DNA of 32,867 nucleotides, from positions 1 to 32,867 of the forward strand of contig CALWFA010000003.1 in the NCBI GenBank assembly GCA_944377465.1, given 5' to 3'. The notes below the pieces were generated by a model. The model made no database searches. It was not told the DNA's origin and was given only the letters and a program-made list of their open reading frames with translations. The DNA is from an uncultured Clostridia bacterium (GTDB lineage: Bacteria > Bacillota > Clostridia > Christensenellales > UBA1242). The translations under genes and the position numbers were made by a program. Positions 17,535 through 25,864 of this stretch are shown here, in pieces. Numbering within the stretch: position 1 is the first letter of the stretch; the number at the start of each line of letters is the position of its first letter.

Positions 17535-18959
17535 TTAATACTGTTTACCAAAATAGACCTTGTATCTACTAGGTTTACCACAATAAATACATTTATGTTT
17601 CGTATCGTATTCTTGTATTACTCGAGTCTTAATAGTGGTTTTTTGCTTGATCTCATCTTCGCATTCACTGTCACCACAATGATATGCTAGAGCGACTTTA
17701 CCAGCGTTGATTGATTCTACCATGGTATCAAAATCATTCGTCTCCACTATCGCATCGTTTAGATTTCTTTCTGCTTGTGCTAGCATATTGCTCTGAATCT
17801 CAGCCAATAGTGAATTTAGCTCTGTAGCAATATTATCCAAATTCAGCTGTACCTTTTCATGAGTATCACGCCTTACAGCAGTCGCCACATTATTTTCTAT
17901 ATCGCGTGGACCTATCTCTAATCGCACAGGCACTCCCTTCATCTCATATTCATTGAATTTCCAACCAGGAGTATTGTCTGAGTCATCTAGCTTTACCCGC
18001 ACTCCGCACGCCTCTAATGTATCAAAAATCTCTTTACATTTTTCATTGACGCCTGCCTTGTGATTTGCTATAGGGACGATAACCGTTTGAATCGGCGCTA
18101 TATTAGGTGGCATTCTAAGACCACGCTCATCACCATGCACCATTACCAAAGCACCTATTAGACGAGTGCTCACACCCCAACTGGTAGAATATCCGTATTC
18201 TAACTCTCCATCCTTATTTAAGAAGCGGATATTGCTAGCCTTTGCGAAATTTTGACCTAGATCATGTGTCGTGCCTGCCTGTAAGCATTTGCCGTCTTTC
18301 ATGATTGCTTCCATACCATAAGTCGCCACAGCACCTGCGAACTTCTCTTTTTCAGTCTTTCTACCTGTAAGAGTAGGTATAGCCATGAGATTTCTAAGGC
18401 AATCTGAATACACTTTCAGCATCACTCGAGTATCACGCTCCGCATCTTCTTTACTTGCTTGCACTGTATGCCCTTCTTGCCATAAAAACTCACTAGTACG
18501 CAAAAATGGACGAGTCGTCTTCTCCCAGCGCATCACATTGCACCACTGATTCATTGCCATAGGCAGATCTCTATATGACTTGATCCATTTTGAATACATG
18601 GCACAAATTATCGTCTCGCTAGTCGGTCTGATGATCAATTTTTCATTTAGTTCTTCCCCACCTGCATATGTGACTACAGCGACTTCTGGAGCAAATCCCT
18701 CTACATGCTCTGCTTCTTTCTTCAAATAACTCTCCGGTATAAGCAAAGGGAAATACGCATTTTGCACGCCTAATTTCTTAAACTCTTTATTGAGATAATT
18801 TTGAATATTCTCCCAGATAGCATATCCGTATGGCTTGATGACCATTGTGCCCTTTACAGGACCATAGTCCACCATATCTGTCTTCAAAATGACATCTGTA
18901 TACCACTGAGCAAAATCGGTATCAATATCGGCTAATTCATTTACAAACTGTCTACTCAT
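17535..18959 (-). CDS. proS: Proline--tRNA ligase, archaeal/eukaryote-like type (no editing insertion)
   Basis: FAQWYTDV, DYGPVKG, HVEGFAPEVA, RPTSET, QWCNVMRWEKTTRPFLRTSEFLWQEGHT and SWGVSTRLIG. C-terminal Cys cluster and terminal FGKQY. 474 aa. Confidence 0.97.
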   Translation of the reverse strand: MSRQFVNELADIDTDFAQWYTDVILKTDMVDYGPVKGTMVIKPYGYAIWENIQNYLNKEFKKLGVQNAYFPLLIPESYLKKEAEHVEGFAPEVAVVTYAGGEELNEKLIIRPTSETIICAMYSKWIKSYRDLPMAMNQWCNVMRWEKTTRPFLRTSEFLWQEGHTVQASKEDAERDTRVMLKVYSDCLRNLMAIPTLTGRKTEKEKFAGAVATYGMEAIMKDGKCLQAGTTHDLGQNFAKASNIRFLNKDGELEYGYSTSWGVSTRLIGALVMVHGDERGLRMPPNIAPIQTVIVPIANHKAGVNEKCKEIFDTLEACGVRVKLDDSDNTPGWKFNEYEMKGVPVRLEIGPRDIENNVATAVRRDTHEKVQLNLDNIATELNSLLAEIQSNMLAQAERNLNDAIVETNDFDTMVESINAGKVALAYHCGDSECEDEIKQKTTIKTRVIQEYDTKHKCIYCGKPSRYKVYFGKQY

Positions 18960-19149
18960 TTTCTTCTTCCTTTTTTTCGAATGATTTTTTAATCATTATA
19001 ATCTTTCCTTTTGCTTTTTCCAACTCTTTTAGGCATTTTTTTGCAAGAATACACCCTTCCTCATATAATTTCATGCTTTCATCAAGGTTTATGCCTTCTT
19101 CTAAAATCTTTGCAATTTCTTCCAATCTTTTTACATCTTGCTCTATCAT
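18952..19149 (-). CDS. xseB: Exodeoxyribonuclease VII small subunit
   Basis: RLEEIAKILEEG-INLDESMKLYEEG...C...LEKAKGKI. SD AAGGAG. Follows xseA. Confidence 0.92.
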   Translation of the reverse strand: MIEQDVKRLEEIAKILEEGINLDESMKLYEEGCILAKKCLKELEKAKGKIIMIKKSFEKKEEENE

Positions 19150-20318
19150 AATTTCTCCTTATTAATGATTTCTGCTGTCATTTTCATGTCCGCTGTACGA
19201 ATATTAATTTCGTCACCTACATTTACATTCTTGTAATTCACTGGCTGATTTTTTGCACTGACTAGCGAATATCCCTTTTTTAATAATGCTATAGGATTTA
19301 GTTTATCTAGTGTATTTAATGCTATATCTACCCTATGTATAGTACTATCTATATTTTTTGCTAAGATTTCATCTATTGTCTGTACACAATCTTTTATCAG
19401 CAAAACCTCGTCATTTATTAGTTCATTTATATTATAATCAATATTTGTACTAGATGCTAGTATCGATGATTGTATCTTTTCTATTTGATCTCGAATATAT
19501 TGATCTAATTTTACTTTTATAGTGTCTATATATTGAATTAAATCTTTATTTACATAGGTCACTAGCTCTGCAGCAGCACTTGGAGTCGGCGCACGCAGAT
19601 CTGCTACAAAATCTAATATTGAATAGTCCGTCTCATGCCCTACCGCACTGATCAAAGGCTTATTGCATATATAGGCAATTCTCGCCAGCTCTTCGTCATT
19701 GAAGGCCGATAGGTCCTCTAGACTACCGCCACCACGCGCTACGATTATGACATCGACATCTGAATAATTGTCAAAATAAGTGATGCCTTCTATCACCTGT
19801 CTCACAGCTACGCTTCCTTGTACTTGAGCATCATAGACATAAATGTCTAGATTGGGATTCCTTCTATGGCTGACATTGACAATATCTTGCAAGACAGCTC
19901 CCGTCTGAGATGTCACCACACCAATAGATGTGATAAATCGCGGTATAGGTATTTTATGTCGTTCATCAAATAAACCTTCTGCAGATAATTTTTCTTTTAG
20001 CATCAAGAATTGCTTATACAATTCGCCCTGACCGCAATGCTCTATTTGATTTACTGAAAAAGTGAGTTTGCCACCCTTTGGATAATACTTGATATTCCCA
20101 CGACATTGTACCAAATCACCCACGTTAAACTCTTGCGTAGCTTTATATTTTATACAATATAATAGATTGTCATTGTCCTTTAGCGTGAAATACATTATAT
20201 TTCTATTTACAGAAAATGAAGACAACTCTCCTGTGACTGTAATATCCTCTAATATCACTTCGTTGTCTATCAAATCTTTTATCATTCTATTTATCTGACT
20301 GACTGTAAAAATTTTCAT
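19146..20318 (-). CDS. xseA: Exodeoxyribonuclease VII large subunit
   Basis: TVSQIN, VTGELS, YFTLKD, EGLFD, IGVVTSQTGAVLQD, ARGGGSLEDLSAFN, ISAVGHETD and DLRAPTPSAAAE. Confidence 0.97.
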   Translation of the reverse strand: MKIFTVSQINRMIKDLIDNEVILEDITVTGELSSFSVNRNIMYFTLKDNDNLLYCIKYKATQEFNVGDLVQCRGNIKYYPKGGKLTFSVNQIEHCGQGELYKQFLMLKEKLSAEGLFDERHKIPIPRFITSIGVVTSQTGAVLQDIVNVSHRRNPNLDIYVYDAQVQGSVAVRQVIEGITYFDNYSDVDVIIVARGGGSLEDLSAFNDEELARIAYICNKPLISAVGHETDYSILDFVADLRAPTPSAAAELVTYVNKDLIQYIDTIKVKLDQYIRDQIEKIQSSILASSTNIDYNINELINDEVLLIKDCVQTIDEILAKNIDSTIHRVDIALNTLDKLNPIALLKKGYSLVSAKNQPVNYKNVNVGDEINIRTADMKMTAEIINKEKL

Positions 20319-20689
20319 TCTTTCACTATATCTGCTAAAATACCATTGATGAATTTAGGGCTCTTTTCAGTAGAATATTTTTTAGCTAACTCCACTGCCT
20401 CATTGATTATCACTTCTTTAGGATTTTCTTTTACATACTTTAGCTCTATTATAGCTAAGACTAAGATAGCAAGATCTACCTTATATAATCTATCAGGAGT
20501 GTAACCTTTTAATTTTGATGCCAAAAAATCATTGATCCCTTGATAGTTCGTAGCAAAGCTCTTTAGTATTTTGCTAGTATACTCTAGTGATTCTGTATCT
20601 GCTTTTGCGTAAATATCTTCATCTGTGGGATTAAAAAAGCGTGAATATATGGCTTTAAATGCGAGTTCTCTCATCTCTGTTCTTTTCAT
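20315..20689 (-). CDS. nusB: Transcription antitermination factor NusB
   Basis: R...RELA, RL.KVDLAIL, P..VIINEAVELAKKYS and SPKFINGIL. Start moved to ATG 20689, which follows SD GGAGG. Confidence 0.93.
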   Translation of the reverse strand: MKRTEMRELAFKAIYSRFFNPTDEDIYAKADTESLEYTSKILKSFATNYQGINDFLASKLKGYTPDRLYKVDLAILVLAIIELKYVKENPKEVIINEAVELAKKYSTEKSPKFINGILADIVKE

Positions 20690-20704
20690 ATTTCCTCCAA
20701 AACG

Positions 20705-20734
20705 ATAAAAACTCTCTCTAATCTTAGAGAGAAT
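20705..20734 (-). terminator. Possible weak internal terminator between asp23 and nusB
   Basis: Minus strand TTCTCTCTA-agat-TAGAGAGAG followed by TTTTTATCGTTTT. Confidence 0.45.
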
Positions 20735-21080
20735 CTTTCTTTTCTGCGTCCATGATATGTACATTAATCGATTTTATCTTGATCGGTAATAATGAAGTAA
20801 GACTATTCTTTACATTTTGTTGTATCCTAAATACCACATCGTTTACTTCACATTCAGTATCGACTACTACATATATATCTATTATTACACCAAACTGTGT
20901 ATATTTGATCTTTACGCCTTTGCCTATATTTTTATTGAATAGACTACGCAAACTAAGTCTCTTAGACTGGTATACATCTATTACTCCAGATATTTCTTTC
21001 GTAGCGAGACTGACGATAGATACTACCATGTTTTTGTTTATATAAGTATTGGTGTCATTTACTTTCTTAATCTGTGACAT
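20724..21080 (-). CDS. Asp23/Gls24 family envelope stress response protein (YqhY-like)
   Basis: VVSIVSLATKEISGV, KGVKI, IDIYVVV, IQQNVKNSL and INVHI. Usual position upstream of nusB. SD GAGGT. Confidence 0.9.
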   Translation of the reverse strand: MSQIKKVNDTNTYINKNMVVSIVSLATKEISGVIDVYQSKRLSLRSLFNKNIGKGVKIKYTQFGVIIDIYVVVDTECEVNDVVFRIQQNVKNSLTSLLPIKIKSINVHIMDAEKKDSL

Positions 21081-21097
21081 ATTTACCTCTACGCTAT

Positions 21098-21126
21098 ATT
21101 ATATCACAAACTACCTATTTTAGCAA
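21098..21126 (-). promoter_or_regulatory. sigma-A promoter of asp23-nusB-xseAB-proS
   Basis: TTGCTA-17 bp-TATAAT with extended TG. Confidence 0.75.
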
Positions 21127-21139
21127 AGTATTTTTAATA

Positions 21140-21625
21140 TTATTCTGATGGTATTATAACAATTTTATCGATTTCTACGCCTAACTGTTCTGTCACTACG
21201 CTAGCGATCTGAGCCACTTCTACACTAGTAAGTTCTGCACTCTGCACAAATACATTTACATTCGCATCGCTAGAAGTGATCACCGCGTCAGAAAATCCTT
21301 TGCCTCGAATGATACCCTCCGTGACCAATTCTTTTTCCATTTGACTGATTAATGCGAGTTTATTAGCCTCTGCTTCCTGTTTTGCCTCATCGCTACTAGT
21401 AGCACTAGCGATGATTGAATCATAAAACTGAATTTCTTGAGCTCTGGTCGCTTCTCTCTCTGCTCTATATGTCGCGTAGAAATTTGCACTGGTGGTACTA
21501 GTAGGTGTGCTCACTCCATCGGATAAACTGCTATTTAATGCTACATTCACATATCCTGTGATCAATAATAATGCTACCATTACTGATATAATGATAATTT
21601 TTTTCTTTTTAGACATTGTTTTCAT
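21140..21625 (-). CDS. spoIIIAH: Stage III sporulation protein AH
   Basis: Basic N-terminus plus TM ending GYVN, then YRAEREATR, EGIIRGKGFSDAV and LT..EVAQI. Last gene of the spoIIIA operon. Confidence 0.92.
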   Translation of the reverse strand: MKTMSKKKKIIIISVMVALLLITGYVNVALNSSLSDGVSTPTSTTSANFYATYRAEREATRAQEIQFYDSIIASATSSDEAKQEAEANKLALISQMEKELVTEGIIRGKGFSDAVITSSDANVNVFVQSAELTSVEVAQIASVVTEQLGVEIDKIVIIPSE

Positions 21626-21633
21626 AAATCCTC

Positions 21634-22086
21634 CTATTCACTTGATAAAATTTCAATACTACCTGTCTTGATGTCGATTACCGCTTCTACAGCATGCAAG
21701 ACCTTCATCTTATTAGATACATCGTTGACACCTTTTGCTGTGACTACTACACCTTTGATCGGCGGAAATGAATTTAGGACAATGTTTGATTCATTGACTT
21801 CTGCTTGTTGCATATCTAATGTAATCATTACCTTCACATTCGAAACACCTCCAATATTTGATAAAATGTCCTCAAGATTCGTCTCCAGCCCGTCGATGTA
21901 CTGACTGATTGTCAATTCACCACTGGTATTTGAATCATTATTTGTCGTATCCTTTTTTGAGAAATTCGACATATAGATGAGTAGAAGTATTACTATGAAG
22001 ATAACTGCTATATAGATTTCGATATGTTTGATTTTCTTTAATTTCTCAAACCATTTAAAACCTGTCTTCTTTTCATTATCATTCAT
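21634..22086 (-). CDS. spoIIIAG: Stage III sporulation protein AG (short form)
   Basis: TM helix, then Y...LE..LEDILSNIGGVSNVKVMITL and PPIKGVVVTAKG. Position in the operon. Confidence 0.9.
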   Translation of the reverse strand: MNDNEKKTGFKWFEKLKKIKHIEIYIAVIFIVILLLIYMSNFSKKDTTNNDSNTSGELTISQYIDGLETNLEDILSNIGGVSNVKVMITLDMQQAEVNESNIVLNSFPPIKGVVVTAKGVNDVSNKMKVLHAVEAVIDIKTGSIEILSSE

Positions 22087-22552
22087 AAAATATTATCTCC
22101 TCATCTGCTAGATTAGTGTACTCACGGACCACTTCAATAATGAATTCATACTTATTTATATGCTGCTTGTCCGAAGTAATGACTAGATTTTGCATATTAA
22201 CTGTACAAGAATTTATCATTAATTCATTTGATTCGATCGAATAATTAATCTTTATGTCGATTCCATCGAATCCTTCATCTTTTAATTTGTTTACAATGTT
22301 TGTTTCGAGCGATTTTATTTTATTTGTGTTGATATAATTCATCAGATCTTCATTGATTTCATATCCTGTAATGTTTACATTAATGTCATGCGTGTTGGAC
22401 AAAAACTTTATGACAGGACTGAGTATCACTGCGAGCACAAATATTGCGTAAATGCTCTTTATGTATTTATTTATCGTCCCAGAAGGCACCACGATGTCTA
22501 CCAGCACACCTACGATCACGATACCTAATATACTTAAAATATATCCCGACAT
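22079..22552 (-). CDS. spoIIIAF: Stage III sporulation protein AF
   Basis: Two N-terminal TMs with VP.G.INKYIK...ILSP pattern and a soluble C-terminal domain. Start moved to ATG 22552, just after the spoIIIAE stop. Confidence 0.85.
   Translation of the reverse strand: MSGYILSILGIVIVGVLVDIVVPSGTINKYIKSIYAIFVLAVILSPVIKFLSNTHDINVNITGYEINEDLMNYINTNKIKSLETNIVNKLKDEGFDGIDIKINYSIESNELMINSCTVNMQNLVITSDKQHINKYEFIIEVVREYTNLADEEIIFYE
22154..22183 (-). promoter_or_regulatory. Putative internal sigma-E promoter for spoIIIAG-AH
   Basis: GTCAT-16 bp-CATATAAAT within the 3' part of spoIIIAF. Confidence 0.4.
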
Positions 22553-22553
22553 A

Positions 22554-23771
22554 TCACACCACCACATTAGATGTCGTCATCACTAGCCCCACAGAAATGA
22601 GATACATAAATCCGACTGCTATAATACAGCTAGACAGCATTGTGATCGACTTTGAAGTAGACATTAGAAAATTTGATGTCTTGCTATTCCCCATTGGCTG
22701 TAATATAGCGCTAGTAAGCTTCAACAAAAGACTAAATACTACTATTTCTAATAATGGTGAGATTATAGTCGTGATGATCAAAAATAATCCTACTAAACCT
22801 ATAGAGTTCTTTATCAAAATGCTACTAGATAATATGAGATCCATGCCGTCGGACAGATATCCGCCCATGACTGGAATATAGCTTCTGATGGTGTACTTCG
22901 TCGTCCTAATACTAAGGCTATCAAAACTACCAGCTGATATGCCTTGAATAGTAAATATTGCGAAAAACAATGTAAATACTATACCGACGCACCACTTGAA
23001 AAGACTAGAAATGAATGAGTTGAATTTATCTAGTTTGATATTGTCTGAAATATTATTTATGATACCAAACACAAAGCTGAATATAAATAATGGTAGTACT
23101 AAATAGGTGAAAAAATCTGCCACATAGGTAGAAATGATCGCGACTATCGGCTGAAATACACTTGCGCTTGCCGCCGCTCCTATCCCCACCATCAGTGTCA
23201 ATAATATAGGGAATAGCGTATTCATTTGAGTGACCATAGAATTGATCGCATTGAGACTAACATCACTGAGCGATGTAATCATGCCTATAGTCAAGATGAC
23301 GACCGTCATAAAGCAAACTAAATGTATTAGGTTTGAGGTGGATTTTTCATTAAATTTACCTTTTATACCGTTTAATAAGTTGCTGATCACTCCTATTGCT
23401 ATGATGAGCGACAGCATAGGCAAATATTTGAGTATTAGATCAAGGAATATCGAAAATAAACTAGCAAAAAAAGATGAATATGATATAGCATTCTCTCCAG
23501 ATATGATGGAATACACTTTGCTCTTTATATTATCAATAGAAAATATATTAGTATTATTTTCATTCATTTCTTCTATTATTGAATTCAGTCCAGAAAAATC
23601 AATTTCTGACAATTCTTCTATAATAGAATTATTTAAGTCCTCACTGATCTCGACGGTCGTCTCATTGACACAAAATGTACTCATAGGAGTGATCACTGAT
23701 AGTAGAAATATCAAAATCACCATGCAAGTGATAATAATAATATTTGATTTGCTTCGTCTCAATTTCATCAT
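22554..23771 (-). CDS. spoIIIAE: Stage III sporulation protein AE
   Basis: Polytopic membrane protein with FPILLTLM...G....ASVFQP, IPVMGGYLSDG, LIKNSIG and AILQPMG. Confidence 0.93.
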   Translation of the reverse strand: MMKLRRSKSNIIIITCMVILIFLLSVITPMSTFCVNETTVEISEDLNNSIIEELSEIDFSGLNSIIEEMNENNTNIFSIDNIKSKVYSIISGENAISYSSFFASLFSIFLDLILKYLPMLSLIIAIGVISNLLNGIKGKFNEKSTSNLIHLVCFMTVVILTIGMITSLSDVSLNAINSMVTQMNTLFPILLTLMVGIGAAASASVFQPIVAIISTYVADFFTYLVLPLFIFSFVFGIINNISDNIKLDKFNSFISSLFKWCVGIVFTLFFAIFTIQGISAGSFDSLSIRTTKYTIRSYIPVMGGYLSDGMDLILSSSILIKNSIGLVGLFLIITTIISPLLEIVVFSLLLKLTSAILQPMGNSKTSNFLMSTSKSITMLSSCIIAVGFMYLISVGLVMTTSNVVV

Positions 23772-24154
23772 AATATTGCCACCACCATATCAATTACTGT
23801 CTTAATTATAGGTAGAGATATCAAAAGAATGACTACCTTCCCAGCAAAAAGGATCTTGTCAGCTACACTACTCGCACCCGCATCGTAGCAAATATTCGCT
23901 CCAAACTCAGTGATATAGCCAATGGCGATGATCTTCAGTAGCGGAGTCAATAATGATGTATCTACCCCCGTGCGCTCAAAAATTTCATAGAATGAAGATA
24001 TCACTGAGCTAAGGCTATCCACCACCATAATGACAATTAAAACACTACCAGCGATAGACAAGATCATTGCAATCTCTGGCTTGGTCTGCTTAAGGATCAT
24101 ATGAGCAAAGACAGTGATGAGAGCTACTGCCAATATCTTCAATAAATCGATCAT
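23768..24154 (-). CDS. spoIIIAD: Stage III sporulation protein AD
   Basis: LKQTKPEIA, LLKIIAIGYITEFGANICYDAG and AGKV...SLPI. Confidence 0.95.
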   Translation of the reverse strand: MIDLLKILAVALITVFAHMILKQTKPEIAMILSIAGSVLIVIMVVDSLSSVISSFYEIFERTGVDTSLLTPLLKIIAIGYITEFGANICYDAGASSVADKILFAGKVVILLISLPIIKTVIDMVVAIL

Positions 24155-24161
24155 CTAACAC

Positions 24162-24350
24162 CTATAGGACAAATAGAGATTGAACTGTAGAAAATAGGTC
24201 TTGTACCAAATCGATCACCATTAATAGACTGATGATTAAGCCCGCCAGTGTCGTGATCGAAGCGATTTCCTCTTTACCACAATATTTTAGTATTTGATTT
24301 ACTATCGAGGTGATTAGTCCGATTCCTGCCAGTTTGAATATTACTTCCAT
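24162..24350 (-). CDS. spoIIIAC: Stage III sporulation protein AC
   Basis: IFKLAGIG...NQILK..GKEE.A..TTLAG...LF..V..LF. SD AAGGAG. Confidence 0.95.
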   Translation of the reverse strand: MEVIFKLAGIGLITSIVNQILKYCGKEEIASITTLAGLIISLLMVIDLVQDLFSTVQSLFVL

Positions 24351-24361
24351 ACATTCTCCTT

Positions 24362-24835
24362 TTATATTAATAATATTGCTAGTCCAATGGCGAATAAGAG
24401 TGATAGTTTTAGGATCATAGGCGACAATTTATTTTTATCGTCTAGAGTTTTCTTTAGTTTGACATCAATGGTCGCTAGGAAACTATCAATCTGCCCTAGC
24501 TCATTCCTCACATCATAGCGACCGATGTTTTTCATAATATCTAGCAAGATCTCTCTATCTTCATGATCTAACACTTTGATTTTTTCGAGATTCATGCTAC
24601 CAGTTTTTAGATATGATTCATATTCTTGTACGAAAATCTTAAATTGTTTTTTCGAATTTGTTTTCTTAAGAAAATCGAGTATCTTTTCCTGTCTAAATGA
24701 AATATTGATTTTAAACTGATTTAGAAAAAGCTTTAAGTTTTGATAAAAATCGTGCCTGTCCTTAATCTGTTCACTGAGAGAGAACGCTATCAGCATGATC
24801 GCGCTGATCAAGACAATTATCAATATCCATTTCAT
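24362..24835 (-). CDS. spoIIIAB: Stage III sporulation protein AB
   Basis: N- and C-terminal TM helices with IG..D and a terminal LAILLI. Lies between AA and AC. Start is ATG 24835 or GTG 24841. Confidence 0.85.
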   Translation of the reverse strand: MKWILIIVLISAIMLIAFSLSEQIKDRHDFYQNLKLFLNQFKINISFRQEKILDFLKKTNSKKQFKIFVQEYESYLKTGSMNLEKIKVLDHEDREILLDIMKNIGRYDVRNELGQIDSFLATIDVKLKKTLDDKNKLSPMILKLSLLFAIGLAILLI

Positions 24836-24837
24836 AA

Positions 24838-25740
24838 TCACCTACAATATATGCAATTCAATTTTTCATCATATATATTGGTAAGAGTGCCAGGTCCTTC
24901 GTCGCTAGTCAGTACAATATATCGAGTGAAAAATTTTTCGTTTAGTATTTTGTCGAAGTTCGCCTTGCGCTTTAATTGATTCAAATTTTTTGCATGGATC
25001 GTCGCTATCACATTTACGCCAGAATTTATAGCTTCGATGATCGAGTCCATATCCTGCTCTAAATCTATTTCGTCTGTCACGATTATATCCGGTCGCATAC
25101 TGCGTATGCCATTTTTAAATGCAAATTTTTTAGTGCAGTTTGTATATATATCGCAAAAGCCACCTAAGTCTACATTTGGCTTACCATTCACGACCGAACA
25201 TATTTCATTTCGTTCATCAGCCACTAGGACATTTTTCGAAATATTATGTGCGCTCAACTGATAGATGAAATCGCGTATAAAGGTAGTTTTTCCGCTACCT
25301 GGCGCGGATATGACGAGCGTATTATTTATATCATCTCCTACTATGTAGTCGTATGCTCGCAGACTACAATTCTTTACTATATGCGGTATTCGTATATTGA
25401 CCGCTTGAAAATCTTTCACTGTGATGACCTTATCACCTTCTGTGACGATCGTGCCACTTAGACCGACACGCACGCCTTTAGGCAAAGTGATAAACCCATT
25501 GACTATATTGTTATTAAAAGCATAAATAGAATTTTCGCTCGCACGACGAATAAAATTTTCTAGCATATTCGAGTCTACTACTACGAATTCTCCTTCATCG
25601 TTTTTGAGATAGAATTTTTTATTTTTCAAGACTACTATCAGCCGTTCGTTTACCCTCATTCTTATTTCCGTGATATCAGCGAAACTAAATGTCTTTATTA
25701 TTAAGTTGTAGATATCTCTATCCAAATAATCCTTTAACAT
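24838..25740 (-). CDS. spoIIIAA: Stage III sporulation protein AA (ATPase)
   Basis: EIRMR, SIYA, GFITLPKGVRVGLSG, NIRI, Walker A SAPGSGKTT, DERNEI, RSMRPDIIVTDEI and ATIHA. Start placed at ATG 25740. Confidence 0.95.
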   Translation of the reverse strand: MLKDYLDRDIYNLIIKTFSFADITEIRMRVNERLIVVLKNKKFYLKNDEGEFVVVDSNMLENFIRRASENSIYAFNNNIVNGFITLPKGVRVGLSGTIVTEGDKVITVKDFQAVNIRIPHIVKNCSLRAYDYIVGDDINNTLVISAPGSGKTTFIRDFIYQLSAHNISKNVLVADERNEICSVVNGKPNVDLGGFCDIYTNCTKKFAFKNGIRSMRPDIIVTDEIDLEQDMDSIIEAINSGVNVIATIHAKNLNQLKRKANFDKILNEKFFTRYIVLTSDEGPGTLTNIYDEKLNCIYCR

Positions 25741-25745
25741 ACTTA

Positions 25746-25775
25746 AAACTATTACTCTGAAAAAGTAAAAATACA
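25746..25775 (-). promoter_or_regulatory. Putative sigma-E promoter of the spoIIIA operon
   Basis: TGTAT-17 bp-AATAGTTT, 5 nt before the spoIIIAA ATG. spoIIIA is a known sigma-E operon in Bacillus subtilis and clostridia. Confidence 0.55.
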
Positions 25776-25776
25776 T

Positions 25777-25810
25777 AAAAAAAATCAATACCACAAGAGT
25801 ACTGATTTTT
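25777..25810 (-). terminator. Intrinsic terminator after efp
   Basis: Minus strand AAAATCAGTAC-tcttgtg-GTATTGATTTT, continuing into a T8 run. Confidence 0.75.
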
Positions 25811-25864
25811 CGACTTTATATTAAAATTTGTGTGAAAATTTTTCTTTTTAAAATCGACAATAAA

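Noticed and set aside
25806-25862. Two Spo0A-box-like sequences (TTCGACT, ATCGACA) between efp and its terminator
   Set aside because: Each has a mismatch to TTCGNCA, they lie upstream of the efp terminator, and spoIIIA is normally sigma-E driven.
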